Counted from the stretch's first letter, positions 36,641-50,085 are shown. The stretch is DNA of 64,000 nt from Mobula hypostoma (GCF_963921235.1 NC_086097.1:135844001-135908000); one strand, 5' to 3'. Notes: generated by a model not told the origin, from the sequence alone. Numbers and translations are program-made.

Positions 36641-39640
36641 CATAAAATTTATTATCAGAGTACATCCATGTCACCACATACAACCCTGAGATTCTTTTTT
36701 TTCTGCGGGCAGACTTAGCAAATCTATAGAAACGAACTGACAATAAACTGGACTGGTCTAAGAACACTGAGGCTGTCTACAAGAAGGGTCAGAGCCGTCT
36801 CTATTTCCTGAGGAGACTGAGGTCCTTTAACATCTGTCGGATGACGCTGAGGATGTTCTACGAGTCTGTGGTGGCCAGTGCTATCTTGTTTGCTGTTGTG
36901 TGCTGGGGCAGCAGGCTGAGGGTAGCAGACACCAACAGAATCAACAAACTCATTCGTAAGGCCAGTGATGTTGTGGGGATGGAACTGGACTCTCTGACGG
37001 TGGTGTCTGAAAAGAGGATGCCATCCAAGTTACATGCCATCTTGGACCATGTCTCCCATCCACTACATAATGTACTGGTTGGGCACAGGAGTACATTCAG
37101 CCAGAGACTCATTCCACCGAGATGCAGCACTGAGCGTCATAGGAAGTCATTCCTGCCTGTGGCCATCAAACTCTACAACTCCTCCCTTGGAGGGTCAGAC
37201 ACCCTGAGCCAATAGGCTGGTCCTGGACTTATTTCCTGGCATAATTTACATATTACTATATAATTATTTACGGTTTTATATTGTTATATTTATATTCTTG
37301 GTTGGTGCAACTGTAACGAAACCCAGTTTCCCTTGGGATCAATAAAGTAAGACTATGACTATGACTATGACTATGAAAATTAGGTGTGAGCAGGATCAGT
37401 GGACAACAAACTGTGCAAATTCAGATATAAATAAATAACAGTAAATAATGAGCGTGAAATAACAAGATAAAGTGAGACCATTGGTTGTGGGAACACCAGA
37501 AGTAGAATAAGTGTGGTTATCCCTTTTGTTTAAGAGCCTGATGGTTGAGGGGTAATAACTGTCCTTGTACCTGCAGATGCAAGTCCTGAGGTACCTGTGC
37601 CTTCTACCTGATCGCAACAGTGAGAAAAAGACATGGCCTTGGTGGTGAAGAACTTCAGTGACGGATGCTGCTTTTCTACGGCAGGTGTGATCAATGGTTG
37701 GGAAGGTTTTAGCCCTAATATACTGGGTGGATGATGCACCTTTTGTAGGGTTTTCCTCTCAAAGGCATTGGTGTTCCCATACCAGGACGTAATGCAGCCG
37801 TCAGCAATCTTTCTACCACACATCTATAAAAGTTTGCCAAAGTTTTTGATGACATGCTGACACTCCACAGACTCCTGAAGAAATAGAGGCGGCTGTTGTG
37901 CTTGCTTTCCAATTCTGTTTATATGCTGGGTCCAGGACAGGTCCTCTGAGATAGTGCCACCCGGGAATTTAAAGTTACTGACTCTCTCCTCCTCTGAACC
38001 TTCAATGATTACAGGCTCATGGACCCCTGGTTTCCCTCTCCTGAAGTCTACAATCAGTTCCTTGGTCTTATTGAGAGATTGTTGTTATTATACCACGCAG
38101 CCAAATTTTTAATCTCCCTCCTGTATGCTGATTCATCACCACCTTTGATACAGACGACCACAGTGGTGTTATCAGGAAAGTTGTACTTGGTGTTGGAGAC
38201 GTACTTAGCCATACAGTCATGGGTGTAAAGCGAGTAGAAGAGGGGGCTAAGCACACATCCCTGTGATGGTCCTATGCTGATGGAGATACTGGAGGAGATG
38301 ATTTTGCCAATCTGAACTGACTGGAGTCTACAAGCGGAGAAATCCAGGATCCAATTGCACAAGGGAGTATTGAGGCCCGGGTCTTGGAGTTTACTGGTTA
38401 GTTTTGAGGGGATGATGGTATAAAATGCTGAACTGTAATTGATAAAGAGCATCCTGATGCAGGCACCTTTGCTGTTCAGATGTTCCAGGGTTGTGTGAAG
38501 AGCGAATGAGATGGCATCTGCTGTAGACCTGCTGCTTTGGTAGATGAACTGGAGTGGATCCAAGTCACCATCCAGACAGGAGCTGATATGCTTCAACACC
38601 AATCTCTCAAAACACGTAATCTATGTGGATGTAAGTGCCACTGGGCAATAGTCATTTAGACCGGTTACCACACTCTTCGTGGACGCTGGTATGATTAGGT
38701 GGGTACCACACACTGCTGGAGCAAGAGGTTAACTATATCCGTGAATACGTCAACCAGCTGGTCAGCACAGGTCTTCAGTACTCGGTCAGGTACTCTATCT
38801 TGATTGGAAGGAAGCCCACACGTTATCTTCAGTTACTGAGACCAAAGGATCATCAGGAGACATGGGGGTGTGCGATGGTTCCTTTCTCTTCTGGTGGTCA
38901 AAGTGAGTATAGAAGGCACTGAGCTCATCTGGAAGTGAAGCTCTGCCGTCCCCTGTGTCGCAAGATTTAACTTTGTAGGAGGTTATGGCATTCAAACCCT
39001 GCAACAGCAGTCGAGCATCCCTCATTCACTCCAAACTAGCCTAGAATCTCCACTTTGCCCGTGAGATGGCTTTCCGGGGATCATACCAGCACCTCTTGTA
39101 TCATGCTTGATCTCCAGACTTGAATGCCTCCGACCCGGCTCTTAGCAAATTCCGAATTTCGTTGTTCGTCCAGGGCTTCTGTTTGGGGAAAATACTAAAT
39201 GATTTCACGGGGACTCACTCATCCGCAGCTGTTTTAATAAAGTCTGTTTATTACAACCCTGGTGTAGTCATTCAGGTCCACAGATGAGTCCTTAAACACA
39301 GCCCCCGGCCCACCGCCTCAAGGCAATCCTGTAACCGTTCCTCAGCCTCCCGTGAGCACCATTTAGTTGCCTTGATTTCAGGAGTCTTGCTCTATAGGCT
39401 CTGTCTGTATGCAGGTGGTAGGAGTACAGCCAAATGACCTGACTTGCCAAAATGCAGTGTCGGGAAGGAACAAAAGGCATTCCTATTATAATGTAGCAGT
39501 GGTTTTGTGTGTTGGGATCTCTGATGCAGCAAGTAATAACTCAGCAGGGTTTTCTTTAAACAGGCCTGATGAAAGTTGCTAACTATAATCTGAAATGCGT
39601 CGGGATGGGCTGTTTCTTGCTTGCAGACAACATCATGCCA
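36641..39640 (-). mobile_element. Long degenerate Rex1/Babar LINE (end of endonuclease plus RT), inserted in a CR1 3' end (about 36470-36640 and 39640-39870)
   Basis: LDPLQF, RSTADAI and QGCVLSPL (38054-38602); LPDELSAFY (38795-39025). Confidence 0.85.
36733..37375 (+). mobile_element. Young Rex1 3' fragment nested in the element above
   Basis: Open frame KGQSRLYFLRRL..FYESVVAS..RKSFLPVAIKLYN; GGGATCAATAAAG plus (GACTAT)4 tail. Confidence 0.9.
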
Positions 39641-41723
39641 TTCTCTGAGTGAAGGAAATTTCCCTTCGATTCCCCCTTGAAGATTCCACCTTTAACCGTA
39701 AACCTATGACCTCGGGTAAAAGCCTGCATGTATTTACCTCATCTACATCCCTTGTGATTTTGGTACCTCTATGAGATCTCCCCTCACTCCTGCACTCCAG
39801 GGATGAAGTCCTAACCTATTCAATCTATTCCTATAATTCAGGTACTCAGGCCACGGCAATGTTCTTGTAAATGGGATGAAATGCGTTGAAATGGGGAAAA
39901 TTTAATCTGAAGTTGCCTTTAAACCTCCTTCTACCACTGTGCCCACCTTACTTTAATAGATGTGACTAGGCCAATATTAATTCTTTGACTAATGTGACTA
40001 AAGTGAAAAACAGGTCACACTTGCATTCCTCAAGCTCACACCTTACAGTCGGTCTGCCGCCTTCACAACATTACAGTCATCACTATAAATGAACTAGTAC
40101 AGCAACTGCTTCACAGTTTCAGTGACCTAGGTTCTACCTTGTCCTCTGACGCTGCCTGGAGTTTGCATGTACCACTGTGTGGATTTCCTCCCATCCTATG
40201 TGAGGTTGCTGGATGAATTGGCCATTGTATACTGCCTCTGATGTGTTAGGGACAGACAGGAGAATTAGAAGTGAGGGAAGAATGGATCGCAGGGGAGTAA
40301 GCGGGAGAATGAGTCAGATATTCTGTTATTGTTTTCCCTTGTACTACCTCAGTGTACTAATACGATGAAATGATCTGTATTGTTGGCATGTAAAACAAAG
40401 TTTTTCATTGTACTTCAGAATATATGGCAATAAAAAACCTTACCAATTTTACATAATGCAATATTGAGAAGGAGAACAGAAATATAGTCCGAGGTACTGT
40501 TAGGGTTTTTCAGGTCAGTTCAAGATCCCGATATCAGTGGGAATGCAGTTCTTGTTGAATTTAAAGGTTTTGGTCTTCGGACTCCTGTTCTTCCTGCCCG
40601 ACGACAGCATTGAGGTGAGGGCATTACTGGGATGGCGGCGATCCCTAATGATGGGTGTTGCCTTCCTGAGGTGTCACCTCTTGCTGATGGAGGGGAGAGC
40701 GGTACCCGTGATGGAACTGGCTGAGTTTGGCACCCTCTGTAACCTCTTGCGTTCCTGTGCATTGGAGTTTCCATAGCAGGCCACGAAACAATCTGTAGTC
40801 CAAGGCTCTGGATTACTCGTCCAGACGCACCTTTGCCTTTATCAGCATATACTTAAGAAATATCTTCACTCCTAGTAGGTTCAGTGATTGAAGTAGATTA
40901 CACCAGCTCTGGGTGATATCACTTGTACATAAAATGCAAGATCAGGGAATTTGCTTAGAAAAAGTATCTTTAATTGAATGGCTTGCATTGCTTTGGTGCA
41001 GTATGTACATTCATTATTAAATGAAAAAGACATTTTTGACCAGGCTCCTCTGGAGCCAATGACAGATTAACTCGTTTGTGGTTTCTTTGTCCAATTGCCA
41101 CTGAGTTTATGTGGTAGAGTTAATTAAACCCCAGTCCACAGTGTGGGAGGCAAGTGTTGGTGGATTGAGTCCAGCTGGTTACAGGGTTGAATCAAGATCT
41201 GCTGAGCATTATGAATGATCAGAGTTGGAAACTGGTGCAAACATAGAGGCTGGAGCACCGAGTGTGCCAGCTGATTGATTCAATCTCACATTGCGGCACA
41301 GGGCCATGGGATAATGAGGAGGGCTCTCATCCAATTCCTAGTGAGAACATAACTGGTTCATTTTCAGTCAGAACAGCAGTGGGGGGCTTGGTCTTGGCTC
41401 TCAGCAACAACACTTGCAGCCCAAAGATTGGTTAGGGTTCCCTTTTGTATTCTCTCCAGTGGTCCTTGCTGAGATCATACCAAGATTAACTACTTTTCAA
41501 ACTTCTGCATTCTTACTTTGCACCTTTCTTAGTGTGAACTGAGCATGTTTTGAAGAACAGCTGAGATGATACACAAAAGATTCATTTGGATGTTACCAAG
41601 ACAGGGGTGGGGGGGGGAGTAGGGGGACATAAGGAGAGGCTGGATAGACTGGGACATTTTTTCTCTCTGGAACGTGGGATGCTGATTGGTGGTTTTGTAT
41701 AGGGGTATAGATAATGTGAATAG

Positions 41724-42622
41724 TGTGACGAAAGAGGGTTACAAAAGTACACATAGACTAAGATGTTAACTGTCCTGTGCTGGCACCAGTGGGATCAACA
41801 GTTGATCTGCCACCTGTCTTCAGGAGAGAGAGATAAGTAAGACAATGGAGCAGCATTTGGAAATGTTAATGAAGAGACGAGAGAGTTTAACGGAAGGAGA
41901 CACCGATCTGAGTAGTGTCAAGACCGGCTCCTTTTGAACCCTGAACTGTTTGAAGTGTGATGGACAGGCGATACCCCAGCAGGGGGATAAAAAGGGGCAG
42001 GTTCGCTGAGATGACACACACGATACCACGAGGTAACGAGACCCTGGAAGCGGTGTGCCCCCCACAAGTTGGTGGGAGTTTTTGGAGGACTGATTGCAGG
42101 ACCAGCCATAGATGCACAGGGTGGAAAGATACGGTCGGCGGGAACCTGGTGTGTGTGTCCACCCTTGCCTGGGTGCCGGGTTCACCGCAGAAGAACGATT
42201 GTATCTGGAACAGAGGGGTCACAGTCGGTGACCTCAGAAGACATTACAAAGGGCTCGCCTGAAGGCTAACTGCAAGGAATATCGAAGGTCTGTTTGGAAT
42301 CCGATTTGCATATTCATTCGTTCTCTCCCTCTCTCTCTCCAACGACGTGACAGCAACTACTGCGAACTGAATTAAACTGAGCTCTGTCACTTGTGATTGA
42401 TCATTTTACCCCTAGACTGTGATAGAGCTTGATTGACCCCATTATCCTAGTTCTGTGTACATGTGTGTTTATTCATTGCTAACCTGTTGCATTTATATCC
42501 TTACTATTAGAGTACTGTGTTGCTTATTTCTTTAATAAAACTTTCTTAGTTCCAGTAATCCAGACTCCAACTGAGTGGTCCACTTCTGCTGGTTTGGCAA
42601 CCCAGTTACGACGTATGTAACA
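41724..42622 (+). mobile_element. Solo LTR, 899 bp, inside a CR1 fragment
   Basis: TGTGAC..GTAACA termini; 4-bp TSD ATAG (41720-41723, 42623-42626); AATAAA at 42534. Confidence 0.88.
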
Positions 42623-42731
42623 ATAGCCACAATCTTTTCCCCACAGTAGAGGAGTCCAAAATTAGAGGGCATATGTTTAAGGTGAGAAGGGAAAGATTGA
42701 TGTATATATCTATTCACTTATCTACGTAGAG

Positions 42732-42811
42732 CAGAGGTTCCAAACCTGGGGTCCAAGGACCCCTTGGTGTATGGTGGGTGACCATGGTATAAAAAAGATG
42801 GGAAACCCTTG
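42732..42811. mobile_element. Small hAT/Charlie-like MITE
   Basis: CAGAGGTTCCAAAC / GATGGGAAACCCTTG ends; imperfect 8-bp flanks ACGTAGAG / ATTTAGAG. Confidence 0.5.
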
Positions 42812-42814
42812 ATT

Positions 42815-43030
42815 TAGAGATACTGCACGGTAACAGGCCCTTCTGGCCCAGTGAACCTGTGCGTCCCCACTACTCCCATGTGACTAACCAACCCACCAAC
42901 CCACATGTCCTTGCAACGTGCAAGGGAACCCATGCAGGCCACTGGGAGAACCTGAAAACTCCTTACAGTCAGCGGCAGAGTTAAACATCGGTTACTGCCT
43001 CTGTAATAGCGTTGTGCCATCTGCCACCCA
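42815..43030 (-). mobile_element. V-SINE (HE1-like)
   Basis: Same head and tail organisation as 1232-1484. Confidence 0.6.
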
Positions 43031-45151
43031 ACGGACCTGAGGGGCAACTTCTTCTTCAGACCGTGGGTGGTGGTGGGTTTATGGAATGAGCTGCCAGAGG
43101 GAACTGGTAGAGGTACCCACATCAAACACTTTCTTGTGTTTATGAGGTGGGTACTTCTAAAGAGCATTTGGACAGGTACATGGATAGGAAAGGTTGGATA
43201 AAACAGGAAATACAAGCAAACAGGACTAGCGCGGTCAGGCAACTTGGCTGGCGTGAAGGAGTTGGGCAGAAGGGCCTACTTTTATACTTTGTACTTTATT
43301 GTCGCCAAACGATTGATACTAGAGCGTACAATCATCACAGCGATATTTGATTCTGCGCTTCGTGCTCCCTGGAGTACAAATTGATAGTAAATACTAAAAA
43401 TTTAAATTATAAATCATAAATAGAAAATAAAAAAGGGAAAGTAAGGTAGCGCAAAAAAAACCGAGAGGCAGGTCCGGATATTCGGAGGATATGGCCCAGA
43501 TGCATGGCTCTTCTATGGCTGTATCACCTGATCGCATTATGCCTGTAGGCTCAATTGCTGCAGAGGGGATTCTGCTCTGTCAGACATGCCCTATTTCCAA
43601 TGAGATGCCCTTGAAAGGAAAATCCTACAAAAAATACTGGATATGGCCCAATTCGTTACGGGTAAAGTCCTCCCCACCACAGAGCACATCTACACGGAGC
43701 GTTGTCGTTGAAAAGCAGCATCCATCATCAAAGACCCCTACCACCAGCTCATGCTCTCTTCTTGCTGCCGCCCAGCTGTCTGGTCTCTGGTACAGTATAT
43801 TGTACAACTCTGATGTAGCACGGAAAAGGCCCTTTGGCCCATTGACACTGTGCCAACCATCAAGCACCAATTTTTACATTAATCCTACCCCAGCCCATTT
43901 TATTCTTCCCACATTCCCACCAACTCTCCCCACATTCTGTCATCATCCACACCCGAGGAACAATTTGGCATGGCCTCTTCTTTCCTCTGCTTCTGATTGT
44001 TGTCACCCAGCACAAACTATGTTAATCAGTTATCCCCTTGGCTTAGTTTTGTACCGAGTCTGTGAAGGAAACAGTGATGCGCATTGTCCATACAGAGAAT
44101 GGATATTTCATAGTGATAGAGGAGATTTGTCATGACTTATACAATCTGGCCTTTGCACTTATGGCATGTGGATAGTGAATTAAATCCTTATAATCTAGTT
44201 ATGGAGACACAGAAAATGCAGATGCTGGAATCTAGAGCAGCAAACACGATGCTGGTGCAACTTAGCAGATCAAGCAGCACCTGTGGGGGGAAGGAAGTGT
44301 CTGTGTTGAGTTCTTCTCTGATCTTGGCAATTTACTTACAAATGTTTTGTCACTGTGCAAGGAGACATCGTCAGTGCGCCGTTGATTGGGATGAGTCCTC
44401 CAAATGCTTGGCCTTTATATACTATTTAAACAGGTGATTAGACGTCTTTTTGGAAACTCGGTTGTGATGTGGGGAGGAAATCTCATCGCAGATTGGCTGC
44501 GTGGCGAACTTTGTGCATTGCGGTCTGGAATCTTGCCCACATCGACTCATAAATAGGATCGTCTCAGTTTGAAAACCCTGCAGGACTGAGAGTGAAGAGT
44601 GAAAATAGCATGAAGAAGGACCGTGGGGGACAGTCTCTTAGAATTTCCGTCATCGAGAGGAGAGACTTCACAGTGGACTAGTAAAACAAACACAAGAGAC
44701 TGCAGACTTTGGAATCTGGAGCAACCAAACCATGCTAGAGGAACTCGGTGGGTCAAGCAGCTTCTGTGGGAGGAACAAGAAGCATCACAGTGCATCTGTT
44801 TGTAACATCAGCAATTGATCGTTTGTGAGTTGCTCTGTGACAGGCAGTTATCCAGTGGTGTGACCTAGTGCAACATCAACGCTGTGGAAATCTGACCCGC
44901 TTCTGGAACCTAGGGCCAATTTGGAAGCCATTTTCCTCAACAGTAAGCTGGTGTGTGTTGGCGCAGCTGCCAGGTGCCATGTTTGTTCTTAATAGTGACA
45001 GACGTCACGTGGGTTTATGTTGGAAAATTTTATTATCGAACTGCTGGTCAACCCTGTGCGCGCACAGCCTGGTCAATGTCGCATCTGATGGTTCTGGGTG
45101 AACCTCTTTCATTGCCCACTGGGAACGGAAGTGCTTTATTATGCACACACT

Positions 45152-45432
45152 GTGGCGCAGTAGAGCTGCTGCCTCACAGTGCCAGAGGCCTGGGTGGAGT
45201 TTGCCCCTCTCCCTTGGATGGAGTGGGATTCCCCAGGCTGCTTCAGTTTCCAGAAACCCAAGTGTTGATAGGTTCATTGACTGCTCTAAACTACCCTGCA
45301 TGTGTAAGTAAGTGTTGGAGTCTGGGTTGTGGCTAGAATGTAAGGGGTAATAGAATTGTTTTGTTTAAAGGCTGGCACAAACTCGGTAGGCTAAAGGACC
45401 TGTTTTCCGTGATGTATCGCTCCATGATTCTG
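45152..45432 (+). mobile_element. V-SINE (HE1-like)
   Basis: GTGGCGCAGTAGAGCTGCTGCCTCACAG head; CR1-like tail. Confidence 0.65.
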
Positions 45433-46354
45433 AGTGGAACCTTACGCCATGAGTCTTTTGTGACCGAGCTTAGGAAATCACTGCTTCCTGACACATCCCT
45501 CAGGCCAGCTATAGGTATCTGCCAGACCCCGTCACCTCCTCTGCTCAGTGAGTTTAGACCACTTTTCTCCCACAGGCCTGCACATTCAGGCAGGCTGCTA
45601 GACAGCCCGTTTGATTTACAAGCTCTCCCAAGAGATGGCATTAAAACGTAATGACCAAGACTGCATTTGGTAATCTATTCAATAGGACTATTTAGCAAGA
45701 ACACTCTACACCTCAGGGCAGGCCTGAAGTGCTGTCATCCTGGTTCAGGAGAACAATGAAAGTCATTGCCTTCTTTAGAGAAAGATCATTGTTTTAATGG
45801 TTAATTCTGGTGCATGTTTAATATCAAGTTATCTAATTAGCGCTGGTAACTGCGTTACAAAGCCGCAGTCACAATTCAGTTCTGCTTGCTGACACTGGAA
45901 CATGCTCCCTAAGGGCACATCAGGCCGCAACAGTGACCTTCTTCAAATCAAACAGGGGCAACAACCACCGACCAGACCTCAAGCGAATGTAAGCAGGAAT
46001 GCCTGCCCGGCTAGAGTAGCTTCTGGGGTCCGTGACCAAACAGATTGCTTCAGCCTACAAACTGGTGCTGCCCTCTGTGCTGACACACGTGGAGCAGTAA
46101 ACTGATCACACACCGAGGTACCCTGGCAAACATCTCTGACCTGTCTAACACCAAGCACTCTGCAGATGTGCTACTGAAAGTACTGTAACCTGATGGGTCG
46201 CCTCATGGCCTGGTACGGCAATTCGGATGCACAGGAATGTAAGAAGCTGCAGACAGCAGTAGACTCTGCCCAATACACCATGGGAACATCCTACCCCACG
46301 ATTTGTAGCATCTACAGGAGGTGTTGCCTTAGGAAGACAACACCTACCATCAAA

Positions 46355-46557
46355 CACGAGGAATTCTGCAGATGCTGGAAATTCAAGCAACACACATCAA
46401 AGTTGCTGGTGAACGCAGCAGGCCAGGCAGCATCTGTAGGAAGAGGTACAGTCGACGTTTTGGGCCGAGACCCTTCGTCAGGACTCGGCCGGAAATGTCG
46501 ACTGTACCTCTTCCTATAGATGCTGCCTGGCCTGCTGCGTTCACCAGCAACTTTGAT
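46355..46557. mobile_element. Fold-back Penelope pLTR-derived element inside a Rex1 fragment (about 46160-46875)
   Basis: TSD CTACCATCAAA at 46344-46354 and 46558-46568; near-perfect arms; minus-strand hammerhead at 46449-46486 with GAAA>AAAA. Confidence 0.92.
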
Positions 46558-46876
46558 CTACCATCAAAGATCCCCATTCCATATTCTTGCAGCTACCATC
46601 CAACAGGAAGTACTGAAGTCTTAAGTTCCACACCACAAAGTTCAGGAACAACTACTGCCCTTCAGCATTTTAGTTCTTGAACGCTAATCACTATAATTCA
46701 GCAATACTATGACCACTTTGATTAACTTGCACTAACATGGACTATATTGTGTCTTTTCTTGTAAAAAAAACCATACAATTTATGTTTAACTTATGCTTTT
46801 CAGGTGAAAATTGCTCATCTGATGCTGTACGCCTGTGATGTTGCTGCAAGTAGGGTTTTCATTGCACCTGTGAATA

Positions 46877-49800
46877 TGATGCTAGGCCAGCACAAAGACA
46901 CAGTAAAGCCCTCCCTGATACAAAGACACACTAAAGGCTTCCCTGAAGTTGCTTGACACAGACACGACCTCTTGAGAAACGCTGGCACAAAACTGCCTTA
47001 CCTGGCGTGGTCTTTTCCACAAGGGCTGTCAAGCTTAGGAAGCAAGGCGCATTGCTGAAGCATAACATAAGCGCGAGCTGCGCAAGTCCTGAGTCACCAG
47101 CGCAACAACTGCAGTGCCTACACATGTCTGCCCAACATGTGCCAGGACATTCTGTGCCCGAATTGGCCTGACCAGTCATCTTCCGACACACTGCATCCAG
47201 TCTCAAAGTGACTAATAGTGTCGAGGTCTTCATTGACAACCATGGGCGAACGACAGGCCAGCATAGGCAGGCACCTCCCAGTCTCCATCCAGCGAACTGG
47301 AGTCACCCGCTCATCACCTGCAGCCTAATGAAACCCAGCTCTCATCCACAGTCTTTGTTCACCCATTGAACCAGCCAGCTGCTCCTAGCCTTCAGATACC
47401 TTGTGTTAAGTATCCATTCTCTCTTGTTTAGTGGCACCTCATGGCTTGTTATTTTTCAGTTTATTATTAAAGTGATTGCTCATCGCTAAATCGTCCCTGC
47501 TGCTCTGTGTTTTGGTCATCTTCCTCTAGATTCTGTGACAGAACGAATGAACTCACAATTGGCTCCAGCAGGGTTGGCTCACCTAAAGGAAGCTGTCCGT
47601 CGGCAGGAGCACATGATCCAGAAGCAGCAGGAAACCATTGACCATCTGCTCACCCCTCTCAGCCAACTCTCCGACTTGTTACAGTCATCCCATGCCAGTC
47701 AATCTCTTCCCTCAGAGCATGGCTTCCGGTGCCCGAACACCTTGAGGGATCCCCAACTCGATGTCCAGGGCATCCTGCGCATTAAGCTGTAACTATTTCT
47801 GTATCCTACTGACTGAGCCAAGCATGCCTTTGTAATCTCTCTCTTTACTCAGCAGGCTCTGACCTGGGTCACTGCTAACTGGGTCAATAGAACCACCATT
47901 TTCAATAAATATGAGGAATTCACCACTGTGATGCGCCAGGGTTTTGAACATCTGGGAAGTGGAAGAGAAGCAGTGGATCGGATACTTCTCCACGCTTGGC
48001 ACTGGACTTCAGGACCCTCGCGGTGGAGTGCAACTGAAATGTGGAAGCACTGTTGGTCCATTACCATCATGGCCTCTTGGAGTGCTTGAAAGATGAGCTG
48101 TCTACTGAGGAGATGCCCACCGACCTCGAAAGACTCATCACTCTGGCCTTCTATGTTGACAAGTGTCTTATGGAACGACCCTCCACATCAACAGCCAGAA
48201 AGCCAGAATCCCAGTTCCATTCCCAGAACCACTCCAGGCTGCAGGACCTTCATCATTACTGCATCCAGAACCCAAGCAGTTAGGAAGATCTCCCCTAACC
48301 CCCTCCTCAAGAGTATGAGCAGTGGTGGAGAAACAACTTGTGCGCTTACTGTGGAGCAACTGACCACCCACCTATCAAATGTCTACTGCGTCTGGGAAGA
48401 TAGCATCACTAGCTAGAGATGAGGGATCTTCCATCTGGTAAGCTCCTCCCAGTCCCTCATTCCAGCACCATAACCTGACTCAGTGTCTCTGTTCTCTTCT
48501 GCACCCTGACGGCTCTCTATGCATAGGAGGCTCTGGTGAATTCCAACACTGCTGGCATCTTTCTGCACAGCACTCTGTATGTACAACATGGACTCCCTAC
48601 CAAGCCTAATTCACAAGCACAAAATACTCTGCAGATGCTGGGGTCAAAGCAACACTCACAACATGTTAGAGGAACTCAGCAGGTCAGGCAGCATCCGTGG
48701 AAACAATCAGTCAATGTTTTGGGCCAGTCCTGACGAAGGGTTCCGGCCCGAAATGTTGACTGATCGTTTCCATGGATGCTGCCCGACCTGCTGAGTTCCT
48801 CCAGTGTGTTGTGAGTGAAGCCTAACTCACACTGCTTCTGCATCATGGCCATTGGCAGGCGTCCTTTAAGGTCAGGGATGGTCAGAGCGTGCACACAGTC
48901 TGTGCACATGACCATTGGAGAGCACTGTGAGTCCATCTACCCCAACACTCATCTTGGGTTATCCCTGGCTATCCATTCATGGCCCTCATTTTGCCCAGTC
49001 ATTTAGTTTCCAGCTGAGTTGGGAGCCCACCTGCCTGCGGCCTCAGTTGACCTCACCCTGCAAATCTGTGGAGATGGAGTAAACGTCACCAAATTCCCAT
49101 GGGAATACCATGACTTAGCCATGGCCTTCAGTAAAAGGGAGGCCATCGCCCTGCTGCCTCACAGATCACATGACTGTGCGATCGAACTCCTCCCAGGCAC
49201 CACCCCTCCTCAAGGTTGTGTGTTCTCCCTCTCCCCTCAGGGGCCCAAGCCATGAATGGCTACATTGCTGAAGAACTTCAGCAGGGCTTCATTCAACAAT
49301 CCCAGTCCCCAGCTGGTGCAGGGTTCCTCTTTGTCAAGAAGAAAGATAGGAGCTTTCATCCCTGCACAAACTAACACGGACTCAACAACTTCTGCACTAA
49401 GAACTATTACCTTCTCCCCTCGATGTATAGCGCATTCAATATAATCCGTGACAGCCAGGTCTTCAGCAAAATAGATCCAAGGAGTATGTACAACCTGATC
49501 TGAATCTGCCAGAGGGTTTAGTGGAAGGCAGTGTTCATAGCACCCACTGGCCACTATGATGACTTGGTGATGCCTTTAGGACTTTCCAACACTTTAACCA
49601 TTTTCCAATTCTTCATCAATGAGATTCTCTAAGATAAGCTTCACAGGAATGTGTTCATCGAACTCTCGAAAAATGCCAGTTCCACACCCCAGTCATTTCC
49701 TGGGTTCATTTCCTGGGTTACATCCTTTCACTCCAAAGCATATCCGTGGATCCAGAACAAGTGTGTGCTGTTGTTGAATGACCCTGAGAGCGATCCCTCA

Positions 49801-50085
49801 GACAGCTGTAGTGCTCCTCGTGCTTCTCCATCTTCCGCAGCCAGCTAATTAGAAACTACTGCCAAATTGCTGCTGCTCTCACCTCCCTCATCGAGTTACC
49901 TACCTCACTGACTGCCTGGTCTACTGCTGCGAACCTCACGTTCAAGGAGCCCAGTCGATGCTCCAACACGACTCCCATTCTCCACCATCCAAACTCCTCT
50001 GAACATTTATGGATGCATCTGACATGGGCGCCAGGTCCATGGTCTCCCAATCAAGGGTGGTAGGGAAGACACACCCTTGTGCCGC
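46877..50085 (+). mobile_element. Decayed Ty3/Gypsy (Sushi-like) retrotransposon: 5' LTR (to 47540), gag, protease, RT and partial RNase H
   Basis: LTR ends TGTGACA at 47540; gag LKDEL..LERLITLA and CAYCGATDH; protease [38 protein letters not shown] and GHYDDLVMPLGL. Confidence 0.88.
48616..48817. mobile_element. Fold-back Penelope pLTR-derived element inside the Gypsy protease
   Basis: TSD AAGCCTAA(T/C)TCACA at 48602-48615 and 48818-48831; plus-strand hammerhead CAGTCCTGACGAAGGGTTCCGGCCCGAAATGTTGACTG at 48725-48762. Confidence 0.92.

Noticed and set aside
43491..44135. 214-aa ORF
   Set aside because: Chance read-through across adjacent LINE and SINE fragments
44410..44560. Promoter (ATTGG box, a few CpGs, TATA-like)
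   Set aside because: Motifs are too short and no linked exon was found
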